From positions 224,001 through 288,000 of the forward strand of contig CAVSCK010000004.1 in the NCBI GenBank assembly GCA_963726455.1: a stretch of 64,000 nucleotides of DNA, written 5' to 3'. Below, one piece after another: positions 19,096 through 28,195 of this stretch. Within the stretch, counting starts at the first letter, position 1. The number at the start of each line of letters is the position of its first letter. Source of the DNA: an uncultured bacterium. Its GTDB lineage: Bacteria; Zixibacteria; MSB-5A5; CAIYYT01. The notes under the pieces are model-generated. The model was given only the letters and a program-made list of their open reading frames with translations. It did no database searches and was not told the DNA's origin. The translations under genes were made by a program, and so were the position numbers.

Positions 19096-20349
19096 ATGAA
19101 GTCAAGATTCAGTTTTGTCATGCTCACATTGCCAGTCCTGCTGGCTGCGGTCTTCTTCCTGAATGCCTGTGGGCAGCCGGGCGATAATTCTAAGATGTCA
19201 CTGCAAAGCAAGATGCACTTGGAGGGAGTCAACCAATTGCTCGACGTGTTGGACTCTCTTGTGAGCAGGAATCCGTCCCGTACGTCGCTGATCGAGTGGG
19301 CGAAGACGGTTGACGTGAATCGTGTACAGGATTCTGTATCGAAACTGATCCAAAGAAACGGCGAAGATCGGGTGATCAACAAGATGATCGACGATCTGCT
19401 TGAGTCGCCGACTTACGAGCTCTACTACATACAATTCACCAATACGAGCCCGGCAACACATAAGAAGATACTGTTGTCGTTGCCATTCAGAGCCCCCGAT
19501 AGCCCTGCGAGCATCGCCGACAATCTGAAGGAACTATGCCAGAACCGGGAAGTCGTGAGAAGTTGGGCGCAGGAAGTGGTGGCGAAAATCAGCCTGGAGC
19601 GGAGTGATTCGCTGGCGAGGGAATGGGTGCCAAAAGGCGATTACACTATTCCGGACATCTATTTCCTCTATGACGGCAACGGAGGTGGCTTCGCACGCAG
19701 GGGATCAATCGGTGTGGATCTGTTCACATCCGTACTGGTGAACAAGCCGGGAGAAACTCGATTTGCCAATCTCTCCGATATCAACGTTGACTACCTGGAA
19801 CGGCTACTTGCACACGAATTGCAGCACATATACACTACACAACGATTCGGACCGCCGCGGACATCCTACCCGACATGGCAGGAGCAAATGGAAGATCGCA
19901 TCGTGATCGGGCTGGTGCATGAAGGTGTGGCGGCGCAATGCTATCCTCCGACGGGATTCAAGGAAGAAGTTTGGAATGACACGGCTACTGCTGCCTTCTG
20001 GATTGCTGAGTTGAATCAGCGACTGGCGGACTTGAAGGCGAGGAAAGAGAACGAAAACGAAGTGTATCAATGGTGGTCTGATTCTTACCAAGCCACACCA
20101 AAGAAAGTATTGAGAAGCTACCTGGGCAGGCAGCACGCGGAAGCTGATCTGGACCGACTCGTGCAGGAGCATATCCTCGACCGTCCCGATCTGGAGCACT
20201 CACTGGGCTGGTGGATGATTACCAGGATTAACGGTGACGGTAGTGGCAAGGGCAAGGTGATCCAACTATTGGCAGAGCCGCAGAAGCTCTACGAATTCTA
20301 CAATGAGGTGATGAAGGGGGCGGCGGATAGTTTGAAGGTCAATATCTGA
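19096..20349 (+). CDS. Lipoprotein, putative Zn-dependent protease (DUF5700-like gluzincin)
   Basis: Lipobox FLNAC; AHELQH plus downstream HEGVA. Confidence 0.7.
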   Translation: MKSRFSFVMLTLPVLLAAVFFLNACGQPGDNSKMSLQSKMHLEGVNQLLDVLDSLVSRNPSRTSLIEWAKTVDVNRVQDSVSKLIQRNGEDRVINKMIDDLLESPTYELYYIQFTNTSPATHKKILLSLPFRAPDSPASIADNLKELCQNREVVRSWAQEVVAKISLERSDSLAREWVPKGDYTIPDIYFLYDGNGGGFARRGSIGVDLFTSVLVNKPGETRFANLSDINVDYLERLLAHELQHIYTTQRFGPPRTSYPTWQEQMEDRIVIGLVHEGVAAQCYPPTGFKEEVWNDTATAAFWIAELNQRLADLKARKENENEVYQWWSDSYQATPKKVLRSYLGRQHAEADLDRLVQEHILDRPDLEHSLGWWMITRINGDGSGKGKVIQLLAEPQKLYEFYNEVMKGAADSLKVNI

Positions 20350-20366
20350 AAGCTGCATAGAGGTGG

Positions 20367-21506
20367 CTACAAATCCTCGCCGTTGTAATCAAACGACCGC
20401 TTATCGATGTCTCGGCCGTTGCAGGAAAGTTGCAGGTCATAACTTCCGGGGACTTTGCGAACCGAATTGCGATGGGCAAAACGAACTGACTTGGTCAACA
20501 CCTTCGACTCCCCTTTCGCCAGCGACACGGTTCCCAACAAGTACTTGCTGATCCGGCGCTTGTCGCCCTTGCCGGGACCGATCATCTTCACCTGCAGACG
20601 CGCCCTGATCGGCTTGGTGTCGCGGTTGGTCACGGCAATGTTGAAGGTGATTGCATCGTTTATGCTGACTGTTTCGTGCGTACCCTTCTGCCAGTCGACT
20701 TTGAGTCTATCGGTGCCATCAAACTTCAGCAGCGCTAACGCGACCGGATCACCGTTCTTGACCAGCGAGCGCAATCCACGCTGAACGACCCATTCCCGTT
20801 CCGGCGACAGCTTACCCTTCAGCCATTGTTTCGCCCAGCGGCAGAGCAGTTCGGGATTGTCTTTGGAAATATCGTTGAGATTGTTGGCGGCGGCATTGCG
20901 GACGTAGTCCGACGGGTCGTCCAAAACTTGCTCCAGAATCGGCCTGAGGATCGACGGGTCGCGTTTGAGAGCATCGAGTTGCTTGCACCAAACACCGCGC
21001 GGACGTAGCGCTTCGATCAGCATGCGGCGCACGGCGGGATCGTTGTTGTTAGCCCAACGGCCGACTTTCGGCAGTACTTTTTCGAGGCCGTGCTTGTGAA
21101 TAATATCCTTGAGGGTGCCCTGGCTGGTCTCGCGCGTCCAGGTTCCCGGCAGAGCGCCGGAACGGTAGAGGAACTTTATCATGTCATCGAGTTTATCGGA
21201 GTGGAGGTTGAACTGCATTGACACGGCCAGCGACTGGAGCTTGTCGACCTCCGATTTGAAAAACGTGTCCTGCACTTTCTCGGCGGCAGGAAGAGCCGCC
21301 AGCATGTTCGCAAGCAATCGATACTGATCCAACAGCGGAAGGTCGAAGTATCCCTGGCCGATGAGATTCTTTACGAACGAGGACGCACTTTCGGCGCCAA
21401 TCGCTTTCGCCAAATACTCAGTGAGAATCGGAAATGTGTTACGCTGCGGTGTCTCTTTGGGAACACCCTGTGTCTTTTCCTCGGTCGAATTCTTAGTAGC
21501 GGCCAT
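20367..21506 (-). CDS. HEAT-like repeat DNA alkylation repair glycosylase, AlkC-like, with C-terminal Ig-like domain
   Basis: VRRMLIEALRPRGVW, LDDPSDYVRNAAANNLNDISKDNP, GLRSLVKNG; beta-rich C-terminus. Confidence 0.8.
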   Translation of the reverse strand: MAATKNSTEEKTQGVPKETPQRNTFPILTEYLAKAIGAESASSFVKNLIGQGYFDLPLLDQYRLLANMLAALPAAEKVQDTFFKSEVDKLQSLAVSMQFNLHSDKLDDMIKFLYRSGALPGTWTRETSQGTLKDIIHKHGLEKVLPKVGRWANNNDPAVRRMLIEALRPRGVWCKQLDALKRDPSILRPILEQVLDDPSDYVRNAAANNLNDISKDNPELLCRWAKQWLKGKLSPEREWVVQRGLRSLVKNGDPVALALLKFDGTDRLKVDWQKGTHETVSINDAITFNIAVTNRDTKPIRARLQVKMIGPGKGDKRRISKYLLGTVSLAKGESKVLTKSVRFAHRNSVRKVPGSYDLQLSCNGRDIDKRSFDYNGEDL

Positions 21507-21642
21507 GCCAGCAAATCTCCATCGCGCTTTTGAACAGGGTACGCAAGGTTAGTAGAAGCCGCAAGCGCAAAAAAGAGTTTCTCTTTGCACGGTGATTTCT
21601 GTATATATTCATGTGCACGGGGCTATTACAGAGGAGTAGATA

Positions 21643-22914
21643 ATGTCGTACTTGAAGCAATTTGATCCCGAAATATATTATGCCCTTCAGGGTGAAACCA
21701 ATCGGCAGAACATGAAGTTGGAGCTGATTGCCTCCGAGAATTTTGTGTCCGAGGCGGTGATGGAAGCGGCCGGCGGCGTGATGACCAACAAGTATGCCGA
21801 GGGTTATCCCAAGAAACGCTATTACGGCGGTTGCGAGTTTGTGGATATTGCCGAAAGTCTGGCGCGCAAACGTGCCAAAGAATTGTTCGGCGCTGAACAT
21901 GCGAATGTCCAGCCGCATTCCGGTTCGCAGGCAAATATGGCCGTCTACTTTACGGTACTAAAACCGGGGGATACGATTCTCGGTTTGAGTCTGTCGCATG
22001 GCGGGCATCTGACGCACGGGCACCCGCTCAATTTCTCCGGCATGTTTTATCATGTCGAGGCGTACGAGGTTGACAAGACCACGGAGCAAATTGATTACGA
22101 CCAGTTGATGAAACAGGCACTGGCAACCAAACCCAAGATGATCGTGGCCGGCGCGTCTGCCTACCCTCGTACACTTGACTTCAAGAAGTTCCGCGAAGTT
22201 GCGGACGCCTGCGGCGCATACTTGATGGTCGATATGGCTCACATCGCAGGGTTGATCGCTGCGGGACTGCACCCATCGCCGATTCCGTACGCTGACTTCG
22301 TGACCACGACGACGCACAAGACTTTGCGCGGGCCGCGCGGGGGCATGATCTTCTGCAAAGAGAAGTATAAGAAAGACCTCGACAAAATGGTGATGCCGGG
22401 TATTCAGGGTGGGCCGTTGATGCATATTATCGCCGCGAAAGCGGTGGCATTGAAAGAGGCACTGCAGCCGGAATTCAAGGAATACCAGAAACAGATAGTT
22501 GCCAACGCCAAAACAATGGCGGAGGAATTCAAACGGCTCGGTTATCATGTAGTGTCGGGCGGGACAGACACGCACCTGATGTTGCTGTCGTTTGTGGGGG
22601 AAGGACTGACAGGCAAGCAGGTGCAGGAAGCGTTGGACCTGGCTTCGATTACTACCAATAAGAACACGGTGCCGTTCGATCCGCAACCGCCATTAGTGAC
22701 ATCGGGTATCAGAATTGGAACTCCGGCAATCACCACCAGGGGAATGAAAGAGCCGGAGATGAAGGCGATCGCCGGTTTCATCGATCGTGTCATCAAGAAC
22801 CTGAATAGTCCGGACGTAATCGCCGGTGTAAAGGCCGATGTCGAGAAACTGTGCAATCGCTTTCCACTTTACCTCGAACGGATCGACAAGGATATTCCGG
22901 CGCAAGTTGTCTAG
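21643..22914 (+). CDS. glyA: Serine hydroxymethyltransferase
   Basis: [39 protein letters not shown]. Confidence 0.98.
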   Translation: MSYLKQFDPEIYYALQGETNRQNMKLELIASENFVSEAVMEAAGGVMTNKYAEGYPKKRYYGGCEFVDIAESLARKRAKELFGAEHANVQPHSGSQANMAVYFTVLKPGDTILGLSLSHGGHLTHGHPLNFSGMFYHVEAYEVDKTTEQIDYDQLMKQALATKPKMIVAGASAYPRTLDFKKFREVADACGAYLMVDMAHIAGLIAAGLHPSPIPYADFVTTTTHKTLRGPRGGMIFCKEKYKKDLDKMVMPGIQGGPLMHIIAAKAVALKEALQPEFKEYQKQIVANAKTMAEEFKRLGYHVVSGGTDTHLMLLSFVGEGLTGKQVQEALDLASITTNKNTVPFDPQPPLVTSGIRIGTPAITTRGMKEPEMKAIAGFIDRVIKNLNSPDVIAGVKADVEKLCNRFPLYLERIDKDIPAQVV

Positions 22915-22984
22915 AGGCGACGTCGGAATTCGCGTTTGAGGCGGGATCAAGTTCGGCGTCAGGCATTAGGAATTGGGGTTAGGT

Positions 22985-23290
22985 ATGCTGGTAGAATTCT
23001 CGGTCGTGCCGATGGGCAAAGGCGAATCAATATCGAAGGATGTCGCCAAAGTGATTGACGTGATCGATAAGTCGGGTCTGCCGTATCGGACCCATGCCAT
23101 GGGGACGTTGATTGAAGGAAGTTGGGCTGAGTGTATGAAGGTCATCAAGCGTTGTCATGATACTCTGCGCAAGTCGAGTGATCGCGTATATACCCGCATC
23201 GCAATCGACGACCGCAAAGGGCGGCGAAATATGATGCAGCGCAAGTTGCAGTCGGTAGAGAGCAAGCTTGGCAGGTCGTTTCAGAAATGA
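22985..23290 (+). CDS. MTH1187/YqgV family thiamine-binding protein
   Basis: EFSVVPMG..SISKDVA..SGLPY..HAMGTLIEG..IDDR. Confidence 0.88.
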   Translation: MLVEFSVVPMGKGESISKDVAKVIDVIDKSGLPYRTHAMGTLIEGSWAECMKVIKRCHDTLRKSSDRVYTRIAIDDRKGRRNMMQRKLQSVESKLGRSFQK

Positions 23291-23607
23291 CGGATTCTAC
23301 ACCGGTAATTGCGTTCTCAACCTGCGCGGACGCTGAGAAAGCCCAGAGAATTGCGAACGCCCTCGTGGAGCAGCATCTGGCTGCCTGCGTAAATATCATC
23401 AACAATGTGAAATCGACCTACCGCTGGCAGGGCAAAGTATCCGTCGATGATGAAACGATGCTGGTTATCAAAACAATATCACAGCACCTTGGGCGCGCGC
23501 AGGAAGTCATTCGCGAATTGTCGGGCTATGAATTGCCCGAGTTGGTGGCGGTGAATATTTCCGGAGGCTCGGCGGAGTACCTGAAATGGCTGCAGGCGGA
23601 ATGCTGA
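23287..23607 (+). CDS. cutA: Divalent-cation tolerance protein CutA
   Basis: LVEQHLAACVN, STYRWQG, YELPE, YLKWL. Confidence 0.93.
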   Translation: MTDSTPVIAFSTCADAEKAQRIANALVEQHLAACVNIINNVKSTYRWQGKVSVDDETMLVIKTISQHLGRAQEVIRELSGYELPELVAVNISGGSAEYLKWLQAEC

Positions 23608-23632
23608 ACCCCGCGAACGCGTGAACTGACCC

Positions 23633-24409
23633 ATGGCAACGATTGCTCTGCTGACAGATTTTGGCGAACGCGACGGTTTTGTCGGGATGATGAAGGGTGT
23701 CATTCTTGGTATAGCACCGGGCTGCGACATAATCGATGTTACCCATCATATAGAATCATTCAACATCAAGGCCGGAGCATTTGTGTTGCAGCGCACGGCC
23801 AGGCATTTTCCCACAGGGACGATCTTTGTGGCCGTGGTCGATCCGGGCGTCGGCAGCGAACGTCGAATTCTGGCAGCGCATGCCGGAGACTATTACTTTA
23901 TTGCGCCCGACAACGGCATTCTGAGCTACGTGTTCTCTGACTACGAAGAGCGCGAGATTGTTTCCGTCGACAACTCAATGTATTTCCGTGAGGTTGTGAG
24001 CGCCACATTTCAAGGGCGTGACATTATGGCTCCGGTGGCGGCGCATCTGGCGAACGGTGTAAATATGACGGAATTGGGAACGGCGACGGCATCCCATCAT
24101 GTCATGCCGATGCCGAATCTGCTGAGATACAGACGTGGAGTGATGGGGGAGATCGTCTACGTCGACAAGTTCGGAAACATGATCAGCAATATTGCCCGCA
24201 GCGATCTGCCGCGAGATGTTGAGATTTCGCAGATGCATTGCATAATTGGTGATGCGAAACGAATTAAATTCGTCGATCATTACACAGCCGGCGAGGGTTT
24301 GTCGGCGATAATTTCCGGCTTCGACACGGTTGAGGTTTTCGTCCGGCTGGGCAGCGCAGCCGAACGATTCGCGCAACCGGTGGGAGCGACGATTGCAGTG
24401 GAGGCATAG
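23633..24409 (+). CDS. SAM hydroxide adenosyltransferase / chlorinase-fluorinase family (DUF62) protein
   Basis: LLTDFG, MKGVI, VVDPGVGSERR, APDNG, TFQGRD, VDKFGN. Confidence 0.9.
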   Translation: MATIALLTDFGERDGFVGMMKGVILGIAPGCDIIDVTHHIESFNIKAGAFVLQRTARHFPTGTIFVAVVDPGVGSERRILAAHAGDYYFIAPDNGILSYVFSDYEEREIVSVDNSMYFREVVSATFQGRDIMAPVAAHLANGVNMTELGTATASHHVMPMPNLLRYRRGVMGEIVYVDKFGNMISNIARSDLPRDVEISQMHCIIGDAKRIKFVDHYTAGEGLSAIISGFDTVEVFVRLGSAAERFAQPVGATIAVEA

Positions 24410-24412
24410 TTT

Positions 24413-24862
24413 ATGAAATGTCCTTTTTGCGGCGAAGAGTCGGACAAGGTCATCGACTCGCGCTCGGTCCAGGAAGGCAAGGCCGTTCGTCGACGGCGCG
24501 AATGCCAGGCGTGCACTGAGCGATTTACTACCTACGAGTACGTGGAACGGGTGGCATTGACCGTGGTCAAGAGCGATCAGCGGCGGGAGCCGTTCGATCG
24601 GGCCAAGCTCAAACGCGGCGTGGAGATTTCCACGGCGAAACGGCCGGTGTCAGGCAAACAGATTGATACGCTTGTGGAGGATGTTGAAAACGAGCTGTTG
24701 AAGCTTTCGAAATCCGAAATATCGTCGCAAGTGATCGGCGAACTGGTGATGGAACGTTTGCGGGAACTGGACGAGGTCGCGTACGTACGATTTGCGTCGG
24801 TTTATCGCAAGTTTCAGGACAAGACCGAGTTTGTTGACGAGTTGAAGAATTTGATGCAGTAG
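24413..24862 (+). CDS. nrdR: Transcriptional repressor NrdR
   Basis: MKCPFC..DSR..RRRREC..RFTTYE; ATP cone; DEVAYVRFASVYR. Confidence 0.97.
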   Translation: MKCPFCGEESDKVIDSRSVQEGKAVRRRRECQACTERFTTYEYVERVALTVVKSDQRREPFDRAKLKRGVEISTAKRPVSGKQIDTLVEDVENELLKLSKSEISSQVIGELVMERLRELDEVAYVRFASVYRKFQDKTEFVDELKNLMQ

Positions 24863-24868
24863 CTATCG

Positions 24869-25624
24869 ATGGCCAGAGACGACAAAGAACTTCCAGAGAC
24901 AAAGGGTGTGGAGATGCCGTTTCTGGAACATATTGAAGAGTTGCGTCAAAGGCTGATCAAAGTTATCGCTACAATTCTGATTACCTCGATTCTGGCTTAC
25001 ATCTTCTCAGACGTCGTCGTCAATTACTTTGTCAAGCCCGCCGGGACCGTGTATTTCCGAAATCCCACCGGCGCATTTTCGATTCGGATCAAAGTCTCTC
25101 TGTTCATGGGGCTGGCAGCGGCCATTCCGGTAATCATCTATCACTTTTGGAAATTCGTAGTTCCGGGGCTGTACGCGCGCGAGATCAAGTTTCTTATACC
25201 GGTAACCTTATTCGGAACGATATTCTTCTTCGGCGGCGCTTCATTCTGCTTCTTTTTGGTGATACCGGCGGCGATGCAGATTCTACAATCGTTCGGCACC
25301 GACGTAGTCAAACCCCTGATTGATGTCTCCGATTATTTCTCGTTTGTGTTCTGGATGTGCGTGGCCTTTGGTGGCGTTTTCGAACTGCCGATCCTCGCTT
25401 ATTTCCTGGGCAAAATCGGGCTGATTACGGCTCGCACCCTGCGGAAAGGACGCCGCATTGCCATCGTGCTAATCGTCGTCGCGGCGGGTATTATCACGCC
25501 GACCCCGGATGCCTTCAATCAGATGATGCTGGCGGTACCGCTCTATATCCTTTACGAAATATCCATTCTGGTCGTGCGTTACACTGGCAAGCGCAAAGAC
25601 GAGGATGCAGCCACGCAGGGATAG
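24869..25624 (+). CDS. tatC: Twin-arginine translocase subunit TatC
   Basis: MPFLEHIEELRQRL, FVVPGLY..E, FELP, ITPTPD, LYEISI. Confidence 0.96.
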   Translation: MARDDKELPETKGVEMPFLEHIEELRQRLIKVIATILITSILAYIFSDVVVNYFVKPAGTVYFRNPTGAFSIRIKVSLFMGLAAAIPVIIYHFWKFVVPGLYAREIKFLIPVTLFGTIFFFGGASFCFFLVIPAAMQILQSFGTDVVKPLIDVSDYFSFVFWMCVAFGGVFELPILAYFLGKIGLITARTLRKGRRIAIVLIVVAAGIITPTPDAFNQMMLAVPLYILYEISILVVRYTGKRKDEDAATQG

Positions 25625-25762
25625 TGTTCGGAAATCTACCCTCCTTGAATAAGTAGTGACGCAGTCAGATCCTTCACATAGTTGTTCCAAGAAGGTCGAA
25701 ATAGGATTTGGATTGGAGCAGCCAGACTGTATATTCACTAACCATTTGGTGAAGATCGAAGT

Positions 25763-27223
25763 ATGAAACGACTGTATTCAGCAATCTTACTTAGTCTCCT
25801 GGCGGGTACCGCCTGGTCATTGCGGCTTACCGATTTGTACAAGCCGGGCGATGAATACAATTATGCCATCGAAAGCGGCGGCAAAGTGATCGGCACGCAG
25901 CATGCCGTTTGTAAAGGGTGGAGCACCAACGGCACCGATTCACTAATGATGTTTACTATGGAGACGAAGTCAGTTTACTCCAGAGGTGGCAAATCCTTCG
26001 ACATGGACGTGGCCTGCGAAGTCGGGTACCTGCCGATCGGCCTGCCGAAGACCTACAAATACACACTTAAGCTGCTGAATGTCAGCGTCAGCCACTCCGG
26101 CGAATTTGGCGATTCGATTTACTCCGGTCACACAGAGCGAATGGGAGTGTCGCAACCGATGATGTTCAACACCAAGCATTGGGCCATGCTCTTCGACAAC
26201 AATTTTGCGCTGCAGTGGGAGCTGGCTCTGCGCCCGGTTCTTGCAGAAATGCGTGACAGTGCCGCCATTGTGGCGGTGATTCCGCAGTTGAATCGTGCGA
26301 CCATCCTCAGGGTGTATGGCATACCCGATGACAAAATTGTTTTCGACGGTAGCGAAATGTCGGTCAAAGCCGTCAGAGTGGATCCCGTGAACCAACAACT
26401 GTACTTCGACCGCGCAGCAAAACTGATGAAGGCATACGACCCGGTACAGAAAATAACGGTACGATTACTGCCCGGGGGAGAGAAAGCGGAAATCGCCACG
26501 GAATCGTGGGTGGACGTTTTCATGAGACGACTGCCGATTTTCGGGTTGCTGGCGTTGTTTACAATTGTCTGGTCGTTACCGATGGTCTACCGCAATTTCA
26601 AGCGAATCGACGTGGCGATTCTGTTCGTCGCGGGAGCGGCATTATTCTGGCTGTCGCTCGAGATTCTCAAGCCGATTCAGACGACATATTTCGGAATGGT
26701 GCTCGACCCAAAAGGTAATTCCGGCAATGTCTACCTGTTGATGCTTGGCTCGGCGCTCCTGTTTGCGTTTGTGGAGGAATTGACCAAGTTCGGCAGCTTG
26801 ATGGTGCGAATGCTGCTCGGTGTGAAACATAGTCCGAAACTGGGAATCGTTCTTGGCGCCGCCTGTGGGGCGGGGTTTGCTTTGATGCAGGCGGCATACC
26901 TGGCGCCATACTCGGCAACGGGTGGGGTACCTGCCGGCGATCTGGTGCAGAAGTTCTTCCTGATCGGCCTGAATATAGCGACCGGCGCGCTAATTGGTTT
27001 CGTAATGCTCAGCCGGCTAAAGGCAAGTTTCTATCTGATTCCGCTCTTGTTTAAGACGATCTTCGACTGGCTGGCAATTTTCGTGCAGAAAGGGGATATG
27101 CGACCCTCGACGTACACTTTTCTGTCATTTCTTCTTGCTGCCGTTGCGCTTACGATACTCTATTTCCTCTACCGTGTTTTTTCCGCCGACGAGACGCGGG
27201 GCCGTCGCACCGCAAATAGATAG
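25763..27223 (+). CDS. Exported beta-rich domain fused to a PrsW/YhfC-like intramembrane glutamic protease domain with degenerate motifs
   Basis: Signal peptide, about 230-aa soluble domain, then multiple TMs with FVEELTK and GAACGAGFALMQA. Confidence 0.7.
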   Translation: MKRLYSAILLSLLAGTAWSLRLTDLYKPGDEYNYAIESGGKVIGTQHAVCKGWSTNGTDSLMMFTMETKSVYSRGGKSFDMDVACEVGYLPIGLPKTYKYTLKLLNVSVSHSGEFGDSIYSGHTERMGVSQPMMFNTKHWAMLFDNNFALQWELALRPVLAEMRDSAAIVAVIPQLNRATILRVYGIPDDKIVFDGSEMSVKAVRVDPVNQQLYFDRAAKLMKAYDPVQKITVRLLPGGEKAEIATESWVDVFMRRLPIFGLLALFTIVWSLPMVYRNFKRIDVAILFVAGAALFWLSLEILKPIQTTYFGMVLDPKGNSGNVYLLMLGSALLFAFVEELTKFGSLMVRMLLGVKHSPKLGIVLGAACGAGFALMQAAYLAPYSATGGVPAGDLVQKFFLIGLNIATGALIGFVMLSRLKASFYLIPLLFKTIFDWLAIFVQKGDMRPSTYTFLSFLLAAVALTILYFLYRVFSADETRGRRTANR

Positions 27224-27325
27224 TAGTTTTTTGACTTGCCCTGAGGCCTGATTCTCATATATTGCTGCGACTGTGGCTGATGGTTGCCGCAGTGGAGATC
27301 ATGTTGATTCAGGAGGATACTACTA

Positions 27326-27511
27326 ATGGCGATGAAGATCACCGATGAATGTACTGCCTGCGGACTCTGTTTACCGGAATGTCCCAATGAGGCGATCTCC
27401 GAAGGAGATATCTACGTCATCGATGCCGCTAAATGTGATGAGTGTGTCAACGTCGATGGTGGTTCACGCTGCGTGGCCATCTGTCCGGTTGAATGCATTA
27501 TCAAAGCATAG
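27326..27511 (+). CDS. 2x[4Fe-4S] ferredoxin (YfhL-like)
   Basis: CTACGLCLPECP and CDEC..CVAICP; AGGAGG RBS. Confidence 0.93.
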   Translation: MAMKITDECTACGLCLPECPNEAISEGDIYVIDAAKCDECVNVDGGSRCVAICPVECIIKA

Positions 27512-27529
27512 ATTGATTTAACTGGTATC

Positions 27530-27561
27530 AGGGTGTCCTGTTAACAGGACACCCTTTTTTT
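27530..27561 (+). terminator. Intrinsic terminator after ferredoxin
   Basis: AGGGTGTCCTG-TTAA-CAGGACACCCT followed by a T run. Confidence 0.85.
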
Positions 27562-27565
27562 CTGT

Positions 27566-27772
27566 ATGTTTACTGGTAAACAAATCACTGCAATCGTCCT
27601 CTTCGGATTGGTTCTGATCATTCTGATCCAGAACAGCTATGTGGTACCGATCAAATTCCTGATGCTTCATGTTTCGATGCCGCTCTCGATTCTGGTGTTT
27701 GTGGCGGTACTGATCGGAGTTCTTTTCGGGTACTGGCTGAACCGGCGGAAGTCGCATGGCAGCAAGAGGTGA
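27566..27772 (+). CDS. Small membrane protein, LapA/DUF1049-like
   Basis: Two TM segments with ILIQN..V.IKFL..MPLS..GVLFG pattern. Confidence 0.7.
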   Translation: MFTGKQITAIVLFGLVLIILIQNSYVVPIKFLMLHVSMPLSILVFVAVLIGVLFGYWLNRRKSHGSKR

Positions 27773-28193
27773 GTTCCGTTTCCTCGAAGATATCGCGCCG
27801 GCAGATGCGGCCTTTGAGGCGACCGGCGAGACTCTCGAAGAAATTTTCGAGGCCTCCGCACGGGCGCTCTTCTCAATAATCGTAGACATCGAGTGCGTTG
27901 AGACACAAGTCACGCAGGAAGTTTCTCTGGAGGCCGAATCGGCGGAAGCGCTTCTATATGCCTGGTTGTCCGAGCTCGTCTATCTCAAGGACGTTAAGAA
28001 ACAGCTTTACTCTGACTTCCATGTCGCGATCGAGTTGGCCGAGACTATGGAATTGAAAGCCACGGCAGCGGGGGATGCCATTGCGAATCTGTTGGACAGG
28101 ACGTTGACGGATGTCAAAGCCATAACGTACCACAAATTGGCGATTGAGGAGACCGACCAGGGGCTCAAAGCGACTGTCGTAGTGGATTTGTAA
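27756..28193 (+). CDS. Archease
   Basis: ADAAFEATGETLEEIF, LLYAWLSELVY, VKAITYH, VVVDL; directly upstream of rtcB. Confidence 0.93.
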   Translation: MAARGEFRFLEDIAPADAAFEATGETLEEIFEASARALFSIIVDIECVETQVTQEVSLEAESAEALLYAWLSELVYLKDVKKQLYSDFHVAIELAETMELKATAAGDAIANLLDRTLTDVKAITYHKLAIEETDQGLKATVVVDL

Positions 28194-28195
28194 TC

